A stretch of 64,000 nucleotides of DNA, taken from contig NC_083225.1 in the NCBI RefSeq assembly GCF_032191835.1, forward strand, positions 39,432,001 through 39,496,000, written 5' to 3'. Shown here piece by piece: positions 37,050-50,076 of the stretch (position 1 is its first letter; the number at the start of each line of letters is the position of its first letter). This DNA comes from Heteronotia binoei (lineage: Eukaryota). The translations under genes were made by a program, and so were the position numbers. A model generated the notes under the pieces. The model saw only the letters and a list, made by a program, of their open reading frames with translations. It did not search any database and was not told where the DNA came from.

Positions 37050-39339
37050 CTGGCAAAGACAACCAGAAATATCCTATTAGGGATCACAAGTAGGAGGCTA
37101 TAAAGAAAATTCCTAAGCAGCAGGTGTCATTACTGTAACAATAATGGCCCGTCAGGAAGAAGCCTTGAGCTGAACAGGCTGCTAGCACAAGCCAAATTGA
37201 ACTGGAAGTCCAAAGTGAAACTGCTCTGCCAAGAGATGGAATTGACATGCCAGGGTGGCCAATACTTTTCTGTCCCACATAATTCTGGCTGTTGGTGAGA
37301 AAGGAGCAGAGATAAGCAGCCAAGAAACCTGGGCTTTTTTTTTTAGCAGGGACATACAGGAACGCTTTTCCAGATGACTTGATGTCAGGGGGTGTGCCTA
37401 ATATGCAAATGAGTTCCTGCTGGACTTTTTTGTGGGGGAAACCCCGCATGAAACAATGGTGGCATCAGGGGTGTGGCCTAATATACAAATGACTTCCTGC
37501 TGGGATTTTTCTACCCTGCAAGAAGCCATTGTCATATTGGATGCCAGCTCGAGCTATCATAGCGATTCCAGCAGGGAGAGACACATAGAGCATAAATGAA
37601 CTTTGTGCTATAGTGGACCCAGTTAGGGTAACATCTAGAAATAGGACTTGTCTATTTTAAAAAGGACTTGCATTTTTAAAAAGCAAGATCCAGCAGCAGC
37701 CCAGTCTGCACAAACAGCTGATTGCTGATGCAGCCTTTTTATGAATTAAAACTGGACACACAATTCACTCTTACATTCAAACAAATGTTTGTTTTAAAGG
37801 CCAAATTTTTGCTTTTGCGGGATGAAGTCTGCAGGTTTATATTATTCCACTGTTGTGTTGGGTTTTTTCAGATGCACTAAAAAAGTTTTTAACTTTGGCT
37901 GCCACACTGTATAGTTTAATGTTGGTTTTAATGTTTTCACTTGGCTGTTGCTTGTTTTACAGTGTAACTCTTCAAGAACCATTGGCTGAAACTACAGTTT
38001 CCAAGTTTTAAATAAATGAAAAAACAAAATGAGAACCAGACATGAAATGGCAGCTCCCTAAGGTCTAATTCAATTCATTCATAACGGGTGGCATCCAGAC
38101 AGCTTTTTCACTCAGTCTCACTGAGCTCCCCACCTTGCTAAACGCCCATTCCATATGCCTTTTGTGCAGGGTTTATTGCATACTAGGCCACACCCCCTGA
38201 CATCAAGCCAGCCGGAATTGTGTTCCTGTGTATTCCTGCTCAAAAAAAAGCCCTGCTTTTGTCTATGCAGGTTCCATAATATTTAACATAGACTTTTTTG
38301 CGTGGTCAAGGAGGATAACGCCTACATTTTCACCAGCAGCAAAGACCCGTTGGATCCAACCCAGTATGTTGTTCTTTGGCCAATGGTTGCACTGTCCCCA
38401 CCTCAAATCATTGGCGGGTAGGGGTAAGGACAGAGATGCATCTTGTGATGATGTCATGGCCAGGGGCAAATCGGTATGAAGAAAAGCCTGGGAAAAGGAC
38501 CCCAAGGAAGCAAGGGGAGGGAGAGAAAAGCCTGCAAAGATAGTTCCACTCTCAGCTCAGCCAAGCGCTTCCTACCACACCCTGCATGAAGCAAGGTCCA
38601 CCCATCGCTTGGGGTTGGGGTGGAGGGTGGCTCCCAGGCTGTCTGCCCACTAGGGATTTTTCCCCTGTAGATTAGGGTGTCAGCTGACCCTTGGTCATGT
38701 TGCACATTGTTTCTGTTAGATGTGTTTCTGCATTAATCACAATTCTGGGCATGCCTTCTCTGAGGGGCAGTAACTCTCATTAGTGATGTCAAAGTTTGGA
38801 AATAATCATCTCCATATACTCAACAGCTTGTAGTAATTAGCAGAAGTTTAAGCTAAGTTTCTTTGCTCTATTAATGGTCTTGTGCTCATGATTTAAACTG
38901 GAAATAATATGCACAATTAAAAATATAGATAATCACTTGAAAATTGTGCAGGAACACTTGCACGCTCTTGTAGATTTTTTTTTTTAAGAGGATAAAAATA
39001 CATGAAAATCTGTCAAACCCGAAGTAGGGCTTTAGTACTACGATTGCAAAATAGAAATAATAATAATAGCTGCATATATTCAGAAAGGAACATGTTGGGG
39101 TTGAAGGCGTTGCTTTTAAATTTGAACAACAAAAAATGCAGTACAGTGCAGATCTCTCAGGCTTTCCGCTCCCCCTCCCCCACAAAGCATCTGCAAGCAC
39201 TTTTTCACATTCCCAAGATGTTGAAAATTCAAGATGAGGAATATTCATTCATGTCTTTCTGTTGAATTTTTGCACGGGGAACAAGGGAATCATCTTATCA
39301 CAGCTGATGCATGAACTTTGCAGCATTATTTGACCCAGG

Positions 39340-39856
39340 AGAGATTGATTGGCACAAAGAAGTCCAGAACTGGTAACACACAAAGATTCAACGACTAGCA
39401 AGGATGTCAGCCTTGCAACCAAATGCAGGTTAGTCTGTGCTACTGTGTTCCCCATAGCAACCTATAGCTGCAAAATCTGGACCATGAAGAAGCAAGACCA
39501 ATTCATTTGAGCTGTGGTGTTGGAGAAGGCTCCTGCACCTTCCTTGGACAGCAAAGGTGACAAACAAGCAAATATTGGACAACATAAAACCAGACATGCC
39601 ATTGGAAGGAAAAATCACAAAACTGTGACTGACATTTCGGCCATGTTGTGTGGAAAAACTGACTAGAAAAAGCAATTATGCTTGGATGGGTTAGCGGCAA
39701 AAGGAAACCAGGCCACCAAAGAACATAATGGCTAGACACCATAAAAGTCAACACAAGCCTGAGCATGGAACAACTCAAAGAAAAAGTACAAGACGACATG
39801 GAGAGCTGGCACATAGAATCGCCAAGAGTCAGACATGACTGAATGGTTAACAACAA
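39340..39856 (+). mobile_element. RTE-BovB LINE 3' fragment
   Basis: TTTGAGCTGTGGTGTTGGAGAAGGCTCCTG and the end ...AAGAGTCAGACATGACTGAATGGTTAACAACAA are BovB-like. Confidence 0.8.
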
Positions 39857-40149
39857 GCAGTCTGAGAACTTTGGGGGGGCACCACAATTTAAGAAGTATA
39901 TAGACAAGCTGGAACATGTCCAGAGGAGGGCAACAAAGATGATGAGGGATCTGGAGACCAAGTCCTATGAGGAAAGGTTGAGGGAGCTGGATATATTTAG
40001 CCTGGAGAGGAGACAGCTGAGAGTTGATATGATAACCATCTTCAATTACTTAAAGGGATGTCATATAGAGGATGGTGTGGAATTGTTTTCTGTGGTCCCA
40101 GAAACCAATGGATTGAAATTAAATCAAAAGAGTTTCTGATGCAACATTA

Positions 40150-40364
40150 NNNNNNNNNNNNNNNNNNNNNNNNNNNNNNNNNNNNNNNNNNNNNNNNNNN
40201 NNNNNNNNNNNNNNNNNNNNNNNNNNNNNNNNNNNNNNNNNNNNNNNNNNNNNNNNNNNNNNNNNNNNNNNNNNNNNNNNNNNNNNNNNNNNNNNNNNNN
40301 NNNNNNNNNNNNNNNNNNNNNNNNNNNNNNNNNNNNNNNNNNNNNNNNNNNNNNNNNNNNNNNN
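40150..40364. other. Assembly gap
   Basis: Run of N. Confidence 1.
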
Positions 40365-40598
40365 CCCGCCCTTCAGAGACTCAGAGCGGCTTACAATCTC
40401 CTATATCTTCTCCCCCACAACAGACACCCTGTGAGGTGGGTGGGGTTGAGGGCTCTTACAGCAGCTGCCCTTTCAAGGACAACCTCTGTCAGAGCTATGG
40501 CTGACCCAAGGCCATTCCAGCAGCTGCAGGTGGACGAGTGGGGAATCAAACCCAGTTCTCCCAGATAAGAGTCCACACACTTCACCACTACACCAAAC
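40365..40598 (-). mobile_element. Squam3-like SINE
   Basis: Little-diverged reverse copy of the 308-580 family. Confidence 0.85.
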
Positions 40599-42755
40599 TT
40601 AGTGGTTCCTCAGTGGAACAGGCTTCCTCAGGAGATGGTCAGCTCTCCTTCATTGGAGGTTTTTAAACAGAGGCTAGATGGCCATCTGACAGCAATGAAG
40701 ATCCTGTGAATTTAGGGGGAGGTACTTGTGAGTTTCCTGCATTGTGCAGGGGGTTGGACTAGATGACCCTGAAGGTATCTTCCAACTCTGTGATTCTATG
40801 AGATGGATTGACTCGATAAAGGAAGCCACAGCCCTCAGTTTGCAAGTAAAGCTGTCAATGATAGGACATCTTAGAGGGCATTCATTCCTAGGCTTGCCAT
40901 AAGTTGGAATCACCATTGCCAAGTACTTGAAGGGCTGTCATATAGAGGATGGCGTGAAGTTGTTTTTTGTTGCCCCAAAAGGCCAGACCAGAACCAACAG
41001 ATTGAAATTAAATCAAAAGAGTTTTTGACAAAACATTAGGAAGAATTTCCTGACAGAGCAGTTCATCAGGGGAACAGGCTTCCTTGGGCAGCAGTGGGCT
41101 CTCCTTCTTTGGAGGTTTTTAAACAAAGGCTAGATGGCCATCTGACAGCAATGCTGATTCTGTGAAGTTAGGCAGATCATGAGAAGGAGAGCTGGGGGAG
41201 GTACTTGTGAATTTCCTATATTGTGCAGGGGGATGGACTAGATGACCCTGGAGATCCCTTCCAACTCTATGATTCTAAGGCAAGGGGGCACACAAAGCAG
41301 AGGGGTGCAGAAAAAGTATATAATGACTACAATCAGTGTCATATTATTATTACTCTGGTTATTTATGTATTTGCTTTTTTGCCAAAATAACTATTATGAA
41401 AGGGGGGAATATTTTTATATTCTTGCCTTAGGCTCAAAAGTAGTGAGTTACAGCTGTGCTTGGGAATGCTACTTCCAGAGCCATTCTCACCACTCCTCCT
41501 AGGATAATACTTAGTAGCTATTTCCAAGTCTCACATGGATTTGTGCACACAGAGAAAAGCTTGACGAACGTTTGTTTAGCTTCTCTCAACTACGTAAGTT
41601 GAGGAGGAGGCTTTAAAGGAAGCAGCTGTACAAACTTAGATAATGAGGTGGTGTTGCCCACCTCTTCCTACAAAGTGCTTTAATCCTGTCCTACTAAGCA
41701 AGGAAAACAGTGCTCTCCACAATAGATTTTCATTCCTTGCTTTGACACTTGAAAGAGGAAACAAAACAACTTCAAATGCAGAATGCTTCCTCTGGAGCTG
41801 TTTCATTTCATTGTGTATCCCTGATTTCTGGGAAAGTATGATAGTTTGACCAACCTGGTGACTTTAAAGAATTTTGACCCATAGTTTGGTGTCCTACCTG
41901 ACACGTTCTGATCCAAGAAAATGACTGCTAGGTGCGACTTTGAAGCATGAGAAGAATATTCAACTTTGAAGCATGCAAAGAATATTCCAAGAGGATTCAG
42001 ACTCTTATTTGCTTTGAATGGCACTCTGTCTTCTGTTTCAAGAGGCTTCATTACACACACTCTCTTTCTTTGTTGACCTATTTCTTTTATATTTTAAGAG
42101 GAGGGAATCAGAGAGGTCAAGCAGCCAACAAAGCATGGGGCTAAAGGGAGAGTGTGGGAATTTTGTGGCTAAAGTAATCCCTGGTTCATATCTCATCTCA
42201 GCCATAAAGTCTCTAGATGGCCTTAGGCAAATCACTGCTCCTTCAGCCTCAGTCCATGCTATCAGCAATATGGGACTAACAATAGATTGTCTTAAGGATT
42301 GTGGTAAGGTTTTCAGAGACACTATACATGAAGTGCTTTGGACATCGTGAATGTTAAGCATTACTGTTATATTGTTCTGAAAATGTCTCATCCAAATTTT
42401 TCACAAAAGTTAATGTGAATCATGTTTATCTGTAACATCTTTATCCCACCCTTTTTCTAAGGAGCTCTGGGCATTCCTCATCCAATTTTTTGTTTCAGAC
42501 AATGAGCTCATCTACTTCTCTGACTATAGAGTTCTGTTTTCCCTTAAGCGAGGACAAATTATATCATAGTCATACAAGAGCGCTTCCACATACACAATCC
42601 CTAAATTCCAAAGGGAATACTCCTGCATAAATGACTCTTTATGACATGTCAATGAGTAAGAGAAGGAATCAGAATCAGATTAACCATTTAAATTATATAT
42701 AAATGAATATTAATTGTGTTTATTGAATTGGATTCTGTGGTTCCCTTCCACTTAC

Positions 42756-42853
42756 TGATGACTTCCTCTACTGCAGAAAAACTTGCTGTTGGAGAAGGCT
42801 TCCTCTGGTAGTCATACTTTGTTTTATGGAGGTCTGTTTCTGTTGGAGGAAGA
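42756..42853 (-). CDS. Putative internal coding exon (98 bp; alternative acceptor gives 42756-42839)
   Basis: GTAAGT donor at 42755-42750, pyrimidine-rich acceptor, open frame LPPTETDLHKTKYDYQRKPSPTASFSAVEEVI. Confidence 0.42.
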
Positions 42854-43181
42854 CTTGATGGAAGAGAATCATAGGCTCCAATCCAATATTTATTCATTGA
42901 GCATTTTAGGGGTGCACAAAAAGAAAGTCTTATTTAGGTTTGGGTCTGGCACATCCAATGAGCTGGTTACAAGCAGAATAAACGGCAAATCTCAAGAATG
43001 CTTTGGAACAGTTTGTGCTCATCTTTAACATCTTAGAATATATGCACACACTGAAATGCGCTCACAAGACTGGAGTTGTCCATTCACCAAGTGGCAATTT
43101 GCCCCAGTATGGATGCAACCACTAGGAAAATCAGAGATGTAGAATGTTCTGCCATGCAGAAAATGGAATTTTCCCACTTAC

Positions 43182-43243
43182 CTCCTTCTCCAGTTCAAAT
43201 GTACGCTAAAAGTTCTCTCTTTATCTAACAGGATGTTATCATC
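43182..43243 (-). CDS. Putative internal coding exon (62 bp)
   Basis: TAG acceptor, AG|GTAAGT donor, only one open frame (DDNILLDKERTFSVHLNWRR). Confidence 0.42.
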
Positions 43244-44466
43244 CTAGCGGATAGATGTACACTATATTAAATTACCATTAGTAACCCATCATCTGTATTC
43301 ATTGGAAAATGTCCTTTGTGAAGATGTAACTATGAACGTTTGTCCCCCCTGGCTTGAATGGACTTTACTTGAACATGAATGCAGGATCACAAAATGGCAG
43401 CTCTATATACCCATAGAATACAATGAACAGACTTTGACATTTCTGACCTGATGTTGACTAAAGTGGATTAGACACTGTGTGTTGCTTGCTGAGCTCTCAC
43501 AAATGAGACAGCTACATCCCCCGTGAAATGATTAGATGATTGCTCAAGGGGAAATTCTCCCATCCCATGATATATAGCCTCTCTTTTCTATTGACAAAGA
43601 ATTCCTGTCTCTTCTCTCCACTTGTATAACACAGAGCCATACATGATAGTTTTATGGCTCTCATAAATATTATGGTGTATTGGAGTTTTGGTTCCCTGTC
43701 GTTACTTTTTTCCAGCTTGCAACAGGAAAGGGGGATGACATTAACACAGAACACTGTAGATAACACGGGAAAAATCAATATTCTGAAAAATATTCTTCTC
43801 AAAGGAAAGAGGTATTTAACATTGTATAAAAATAGCTCACAAGATTGTATAAAAATAGATCACATTTTCCCTAGTTCCATAATCCTAGTCCTATTGCATT
43901 CCTTAGTAGATATTTTTAGGATATCCCACTGAATTGATTTCTATATTTTGTAATCCTCTTTGTATCCCAGTGAAAAAGAAGGGCTATAAATGAAGTAAAT
44001 GAAGATTAATTTGGCAAATGACTCCTAATAAAACCTTGAGATATTATATAACTTTTGAATAAATTATTCAAAAGGGAAAAAATGTTTCTATTGTGTTATC
44101 TATATCGGACCATCTGTGTACACTAAGCATTTTACAGAGGTGTGCATAAAAAAGAGAGATGGAAAAACAGACCATCTAATTCTTGACAGCAGAGTAGAGT
44201 TGCAAGTTCTGGCTTGGGGAATACCTGGAGATTCTGAGGGTAGAACCTAAGAAGGGCGGGGTTTGAAGAAGGGAAGGATTCCAAAGGGGTATAAAGCCAC
44301 AGAGGCCATTTTCTCCAGGTGAATCTCTGTCACTTGGAGATCAGTTGTAATAGTGGAAGATTTCCAGCCACCACCCAGAGGTTGGCAACTCTACAACAGC
44401 AGCAACAACAGAAGTGAGAATGGAATGACTATAGGCAAATGAAATTACATTCAGTTGGGTTGCATT

Positions 44467-44666
44467 TAGGGTTGCCAAGTTCCCAGTGTTTTCCCTCCCA
44501 AATTGCTAGAGCGTCCGGGAAAACCATAGAGTTTTCCCGAGAATGCCTAGAGTGGCCACCGCATGACATTGCCAGCGGGATGACATCATTTCCCAATGTG
44601 GGCCAGTGGGTTGGGAACCTCCCAGGCAGGGGAACCCCCACCGAGACTGGGGGCTTGGCAGCCCTT
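44467..44666. mobile_element. hAT-type MITE, TAGGGTTGCCA family
   Basis: TSD GTTGCATT / GTTGTATT. Confidence 0.8.
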
Positions 44667-44797
44667 GTTGTATTATTACAGGAACAGAAGGTGCTCGTGA
44701 ATGTGGACAGTCCCCACCTCTCCCTTCCCACAGCTGCCCTCTGAAAAAGTCACTGGGCACAGGGGACAAAATCAGAAAACCAGCAAAACTGCCACAC

Positions 44798-44927
44798 CTC
44801 TTTCTTCCTGAACAAGCTTTCCATTAACACCGAGGTAGAAATTCTGTCCAGTTCCCACTCTTCACGGCTGTCAATTATTGTCTTTCCACCTTCATCAATG
44901 TCTTTGTAGATGCTACAGCAGGCTGCT
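44798..44927 (-). CDS. Putative internal coding exon (130 bp)
   Basis: Pyrimidine tract and TAG acceptor, GAG|GTGTGG donor, open frame AACCSIYKDIDEGGKTIIDSREEWELDRISTSVLMESLFRKKE. Confidence 0.4.
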
Positions 44928-46739
44928 CTAGCACAGGGAAGGTGGGGAAAGGGCTCCTTCTGCTTGTGCAGTTGTAGTAGACAGCCCCATTGTATTTATG
45001 CTTCTTTTTAAAATATTTATATGCTGGGTACATCAGCATTGCTACCTCAGGGGCTGCTGATAAACCAGAGTTTACCATCAAAGTTGCATAAAATCAGTAA
45101 AAGATAGGAAAATGGTGCAACAATGCAGAACAAATGAAAGAATGAATGTTTAAGCAGTTAAGATATGAAAATTGGTATCTTAAAACATAATTTCAATACT
45201 AACAGCATTTACTAAAAACAACTAAAATAGAAGGACAAGACCTTGTACCAAAAACCTCAATCCCAAACCAGTTATCAACAAAACTGATTAAAAATCCAGG
45301 ACAATCTAAACATCTTTCACCCTGCCTCAGCCAAATTAACAGTCTAGTCATACCAGGTGACTCCTGGTGCAGAGAGAGAGAGAAAGACAGAGAGATTCAT
45401 AATCTGGGCACCAGAACAACAAAAAAAAAAAGGTCATATTTCTGATGCTCACACACCTTCCCTTGGCATCCTGGGCTTTTTCGTATGGCTTTGTTTCAGT
45501 TCAAAGGTTTAAGCCAAAGGCTTGATAGAATAGATTGTTCTAGGGAAGGATCTGAAGGAAGAGAGAGAGCAAAGGAGCTGGTATTCTAAGAAATGGACTA
45601 TAGCTAGATCTGACATACACACACTCTCTCTCTGAAATCAGTAGGGCAGAAAATTGCTTTACTTTGGATCATGTCTAATATTATTTGATAATTGAAAGTA
45701 TGGTCTAAACTCAGTGAAAATTAAAAAAGAGGATTAAAACTGGTAGAGAGTAATTGATTTGATCAAAGGGGCACCAACAACAGTTATATATCTTGATATA
45801 AGCAGGCTTTTTTTGTAGCAGGAATATTGGGCCACACACCCCTGATGTAGCCAATCCTCCAAGAGCTTGCAGTAGGCCCTGTAAGAAGAGCCCTGCAAGC
45901 TCTTGGAGGATTGGCTACATCAGAGGTGTGTGGCCCAATATACCAAAAAAGCCCCGTATCAAATAAGTACCAGTTATAGCGCTCCCTGTTCAAGGGCATC
46001 TGACTGGTATCCTTTCTACTTGCAGGAGGCAGATGGAAGTAATCGCATTCTTGTCTTCAGTGTGATCACTTGTGGTTCAGTTGGAGTATTCCAGAGAGCT
46101 TTTAATTCAGTGTTAAACTGGAGAATTGTTATTTCTATGGGGGTGGGGGTTCGCCTGATTTTGTTTATTCATGGAACTATTAGGCAACGACTTTTTACGT
46201 TTTATTGCTTGCTTCCTTTTTTAATTTTGTATTTTTATTCCAGATGATTCAGCAAGCTTGTTGCTACAGACCAGTATAGTAAATGTAATACATTACACTG
46301 AGTAAACAGTAAATAAAACATGACAGTTGTGTTGCCTGCATTTTTTTCAGCAACGATAGTGCTTTGTGGTCAGTGCTTCTCACAAGCACAGCTGAGTTCA
46401 AATAGTTTCACTGCAGTTTTGCATCTAAATGAGTGCTCTCAGGCAGCTGCATTACAGCAACAGCAGCATCTCAAGAACTCAGGCGTGAACAAACTAAGCT
46501 AAAAGACCAGCAAAGTGTTTGGTTATTTTAGATTGGACTGTAACTTTGGGCTCTGATCTTCTAAATCAATTTCATAGCCACTAAATTTGGAGTTATTCCA
46601 ACGGTTTGCGCTGTTCTCACAACCCATTTCAGTAACTGCACAAATCTAGTGCATTACCACTATTGCTCATTTTGTGCAACTGTCCAATCTGTCCCAGGAG
46701 AAGCAGCTACACTACTGTTATATTCACATATCCTGCATT

Positions 46740-46950
46740 TAGGGTTGCCAGATCCTAGTTGGGAAACTCTTGGAGATTTGGGGATGGAGCCTGGGGAAGG
46801 CAGGGACCTCAGTGGGATACAATGCCATAGAGTCCACCCTCCAACCCTCCAAAGCATCCATTTTCTCCAGAAGAGGAATTGACCTCTGTAGTCTGGAGAT
46901 GAGCTGTAATTCCAGGGGATCCCCATTCCAACTGGAGGCTGGCATCTCTA
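46740..46950. mobile_element. hAT-type MITE, TAGGGTTGCCA family
   Basis: TIRs present; degenerate TSD CCTGCATT / CCTGCACC. Confidence 0.75.
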
Positions 46951-47339
46951 CCTGCACCAGTAAGCTTATGAAGTTCCACCTTCCAGGTGGTGATCCCCTG
47001 CAACCATGCCCACACACCTGCCACTGTTGATGTTTATAGCAAGAAAAAATGGATCTTATTTGGAAGTGACATCACTTTCAGGATATGCTCTAGGAATCCC
47101 CCCTAGAGACCGGGGGGATTCCTAAAGCATTGTATGGTTATATCACTTCCTGTTCCCAGGCCTTCCCCCAGAAATCTCTCAGGTTTTGCTGGCAGAGGCC
47201 TGCCAGCCCTATCCGTCACACATATTAAAGCAGTAGGCCTCAACCTTTCTGGCTCTAGGACCCGTTAAGCAAGGTATGACCAGTGCCTCAGTCTTTCCAG
47301 ATCCAGGACCCATTAAGCATGGGATGACAAAGTCACGTG

Positions 47340-47500
47340 ACACCTCCTTCCTTGGAGGTTTTTAAACAGAAGCTAGATGGCCATCTGACAGCAATGAAGA
47401 TCCTGTAAATTTAGGGGGAGGTGTTTGTGAGTTTCCTGCATTGTGCTGGGGATTGGACTAGATGACCCTAGAGGCCCCTTCCAACTCTATGATTCTATGA
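47340..47500 (+). mobile_element. CR1 LINE 3' end
   Basis: Near-identical to 40640-40800. Confidence 0.85.
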
Positions 47501-48099
47501 AAAGGAGGCGCTGCAATTATAACCTCACTGGTGTCAAAACTGGGATTATAAACAGATGAAGGAACTAGGCAAGGATTAGTGCTATGGAAGAATGCCTGAT
47601 GCCACTGAGTGACTTTGCCTCACTATCTTCCTCTTGCTTTGCCTGCAAAGGGAGGCAAAAGACATAGGTTGCCAGGTCTGTGTTGGAAAATACCTGGAGA
47701 CTTCAGGGGAGGATCCAGGAGAGGGCAGGGATTGGGGAGGGGAGGGGCCTCAGTATGGTGCAATGCCATAGACTCCACCCTTCAAAACAGCCATTTTCTC
47801 CAGGGGAACTGATCTTTGCAAGTTGGAGATCAGTTGTAAAAGCAGGAGCTCTCCAGGCCCAACTTTGAAGACATGCAACCTGCATGTGCAATAGCCACAC
47901 ACTCTTTCCAAACAGCAGCAAAAAACAAGGAAGCCGTATGGGTACTGGAAGCTCTGCAATTTGGTTACAGGTTGCAACCCATTGGTTGAACACCACTGTA
48001 TCAGAACAAATGTATTGGGTGGTGGAGACAGCCTCATTCTTCATATTTCAGTTTCAGGAGATAACTGGGCCACCATTGTACAGCATCATATCTGACTAG

Positions 48100-48284
48100 C
48101 AGAGGTTTTTTTGTAGAAAAAGCCTAGCAGGGACTCCTTTGCATATAAGGCCACACCCTATGGCATCACCATTGTTTCACACAGGTTTTTTTTGTAGAAA
48201 AAGCCCAGCATATTAGGCCACACCCTCTGACACCAAGGCAGCCAAAACTACATTCTGGAGTGTTCCTGCTCAAAAAAAGCCCTG
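48100..48284. mobile_element. hAT-type MITE, CAGGGCTTTTT family
   Basis: Perfect TSD CTGACTAG. Confidence 0.85.
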
Positions 48285-48479
48285 CTGACTAGTGACAGCA
48301 TATCCGGCTGTTAAAACTTGGCCATTTGGCCACACTCAGGCACTGACTTTTAAGTTTCCATTCAATATTCCCTTTTTTAGGATCTCGTATCTGCTGCCTC
48401 AGAGACCACACAAATCCAGCTCCTCGGCAATGTTTTAACTCTCCCAGCACAGAATTTCACAATATAAATATAGTGTATC

Positions 48480-50076
48480 TAGGCTTCCCAACCCTCCCAC
48501 CCTGGCGGGGGACCCCAGGATTTCCAGCCTCTTCCCCGCTCCCCAAAAAAACGGAAGTGGGGGGAGGGGGAAACGGCGCCAAGAAGCGTGGCGAGCCGCC
48601 CCATCTCGGAGCGGGCGACACCGCTGGGCAGCTGCCGCCTCTTCTCCACTTCACCGTAGCTGCTCCTCCGAGATGGGCTCAGGCTGAGCCCATCTCGGAG
48701 GAGCAGCTACGGAGAAGAGGCGGCAGCGCAGTGGCGTCGCCCGCTCCGCTCCGCCTTTGAGGTGAAATCTTGGGGTGAAATTCTCTGAGGTGAAATCTGA
48801 GGTGAATTCTTGGGGGCTCAGGGCTGAATTTGTCAGGCACGGTGTAGGCAGCCCTATGAATGGCAGGAGGGGACCTTTACCCGGGACGGTCGGTCAAGCG
48901 ACTGTTTCCTCTTCCTTCCTGGGGAAGCGTTGGCGCCTCAGAGCCCGGTCGGGCCTTGGCGTTCTCGGAGCACCAATGCATAGTGGACGATGGTAAGACG
49001 TGAGGAGGGAGCTTCTTCTCTCTTCTGAGGATGCCGATTCCCGGGCGGGGCCGATCTCACCTTCCCTCGTCCGCTGCCCAAAGGCAAAATCTCCTGAAAT
49101 CCCGCTGCCTGGGTTTTTTTGGGGGGAGGGGGGCTTGCAGGCGGCTTTTCTGCCTCCCCACCCTCACAAATTCCACCCTGCGTTTTATATACCGCCCTTT
49201 CCCTCTTTAGTCCCTTTGAGGGAGGGCAGCGCATCCTTGATGACTCGGTTCGCACCAAGGGGCAGCGACTGTATGTTCCCTGGGCTAACACCGCTGTGCT
49301 TTTGTGAGAGGAGGCAGAGTCAGGCTCTCAAAGAACAAGTATTCTTATGTTCGAGTATTCGAGGGAGGACGCTGGCTCAGTGGTAGAGCATCTGCTTGGG
49401 AAGCAGAAGGTCCCAGGTTCAATCCCTGGCATCTCCAAAAAAGGGTCCAGGCAAATAGGTGTGAAAAACCTCAGCTTGAGACCCTGGAGAGCCGCTGCCA
49501 GTCTGAGAAGACAATACTGACTTTGATGGACCAAAGGTCTGATTCTGTATAAGGCAGCTTCATATGTTCATATGTTCAAGGGGAGGGTGGAGGCAGGCCA
49601 GGAGCGTGGCAAGCCGCACGTCTGGGTCCTAGAAGGACCCAGATTCGCGGCTCGCCATGCTCCTGGCCTGCCTCCACCCTTCCCTTCTCTGATTTCACCT
49701 CAGAGGCGGAGCGGGTGACGCTGCTGCGCTGCCGCCTCTTCTCCGTAGCTGCTCCTCCGAGATGGGCTCAGCTTGAGCCCATCTCGGAGGAGCAGCTACA
49801 GTGAAGCGGAGAAGAGGCAGCAGCGCAGCGGCGTCGCCCGCTCCACTCCGCCTCTGAGGTGAAATCAGAGAAGGGGAGAGTGGAGGGAAGAAAGGCATTT
49901 AAAAAGGTGTGCCGTCCCTTTAATTGTGATGGACAGAACTCCCTTTGGAGTTCAATTGTGCTTGACACACCCTTGCTCCTAGCTCCACCCCAGTGTCTCC
50001 TGGCTCCACCCCCAAAGTCTCCTGGCTCCACCCCCAAAGTCCCCAGATATTTCTGGAATTGGACTTGGCAACCCTA
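48480..50076. mobile_element. Composite non-autonomous hAT-type element (1.6 kb) with hairpin cassettes and an internal SINE
   Basis: Termini TAGGCTTCCCAA / TTGGCAACCCTA; perfect TSD AGTGTATC. Confidence 0.88.
49364..49578 (+). mobile_element. tRNA-derived SINE, Squam2-like, little diverged
   Basis: GGCTCAGTGGTAGAGCA A box, GGTTCAATCCC B box and (TTCATATG)n tail. Confidence 0.85.

Larger units (their letters stand above)
39870..41278 (+). mobile_element. Two tandem CR1 LINE 3' fragments; the first is interrupted by a gap and a SINE
   Basis: PQFKKYIDKLEHVQRRATKM...LFSLERR-type translation; GACTAGATGACC...ATGATTCTA tails at ~40800 and ~41278. Confidence 0.85.

Noticed and set aside
45990-46150. 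Exon candidates on both strands
   Set aside because: Weak donors and ambiguous strand; not added to the exon chain.
49364-49440. tRNA gene
   Set aside because: The tRNA-like part continues into a SINE body and tail shared with other copies.
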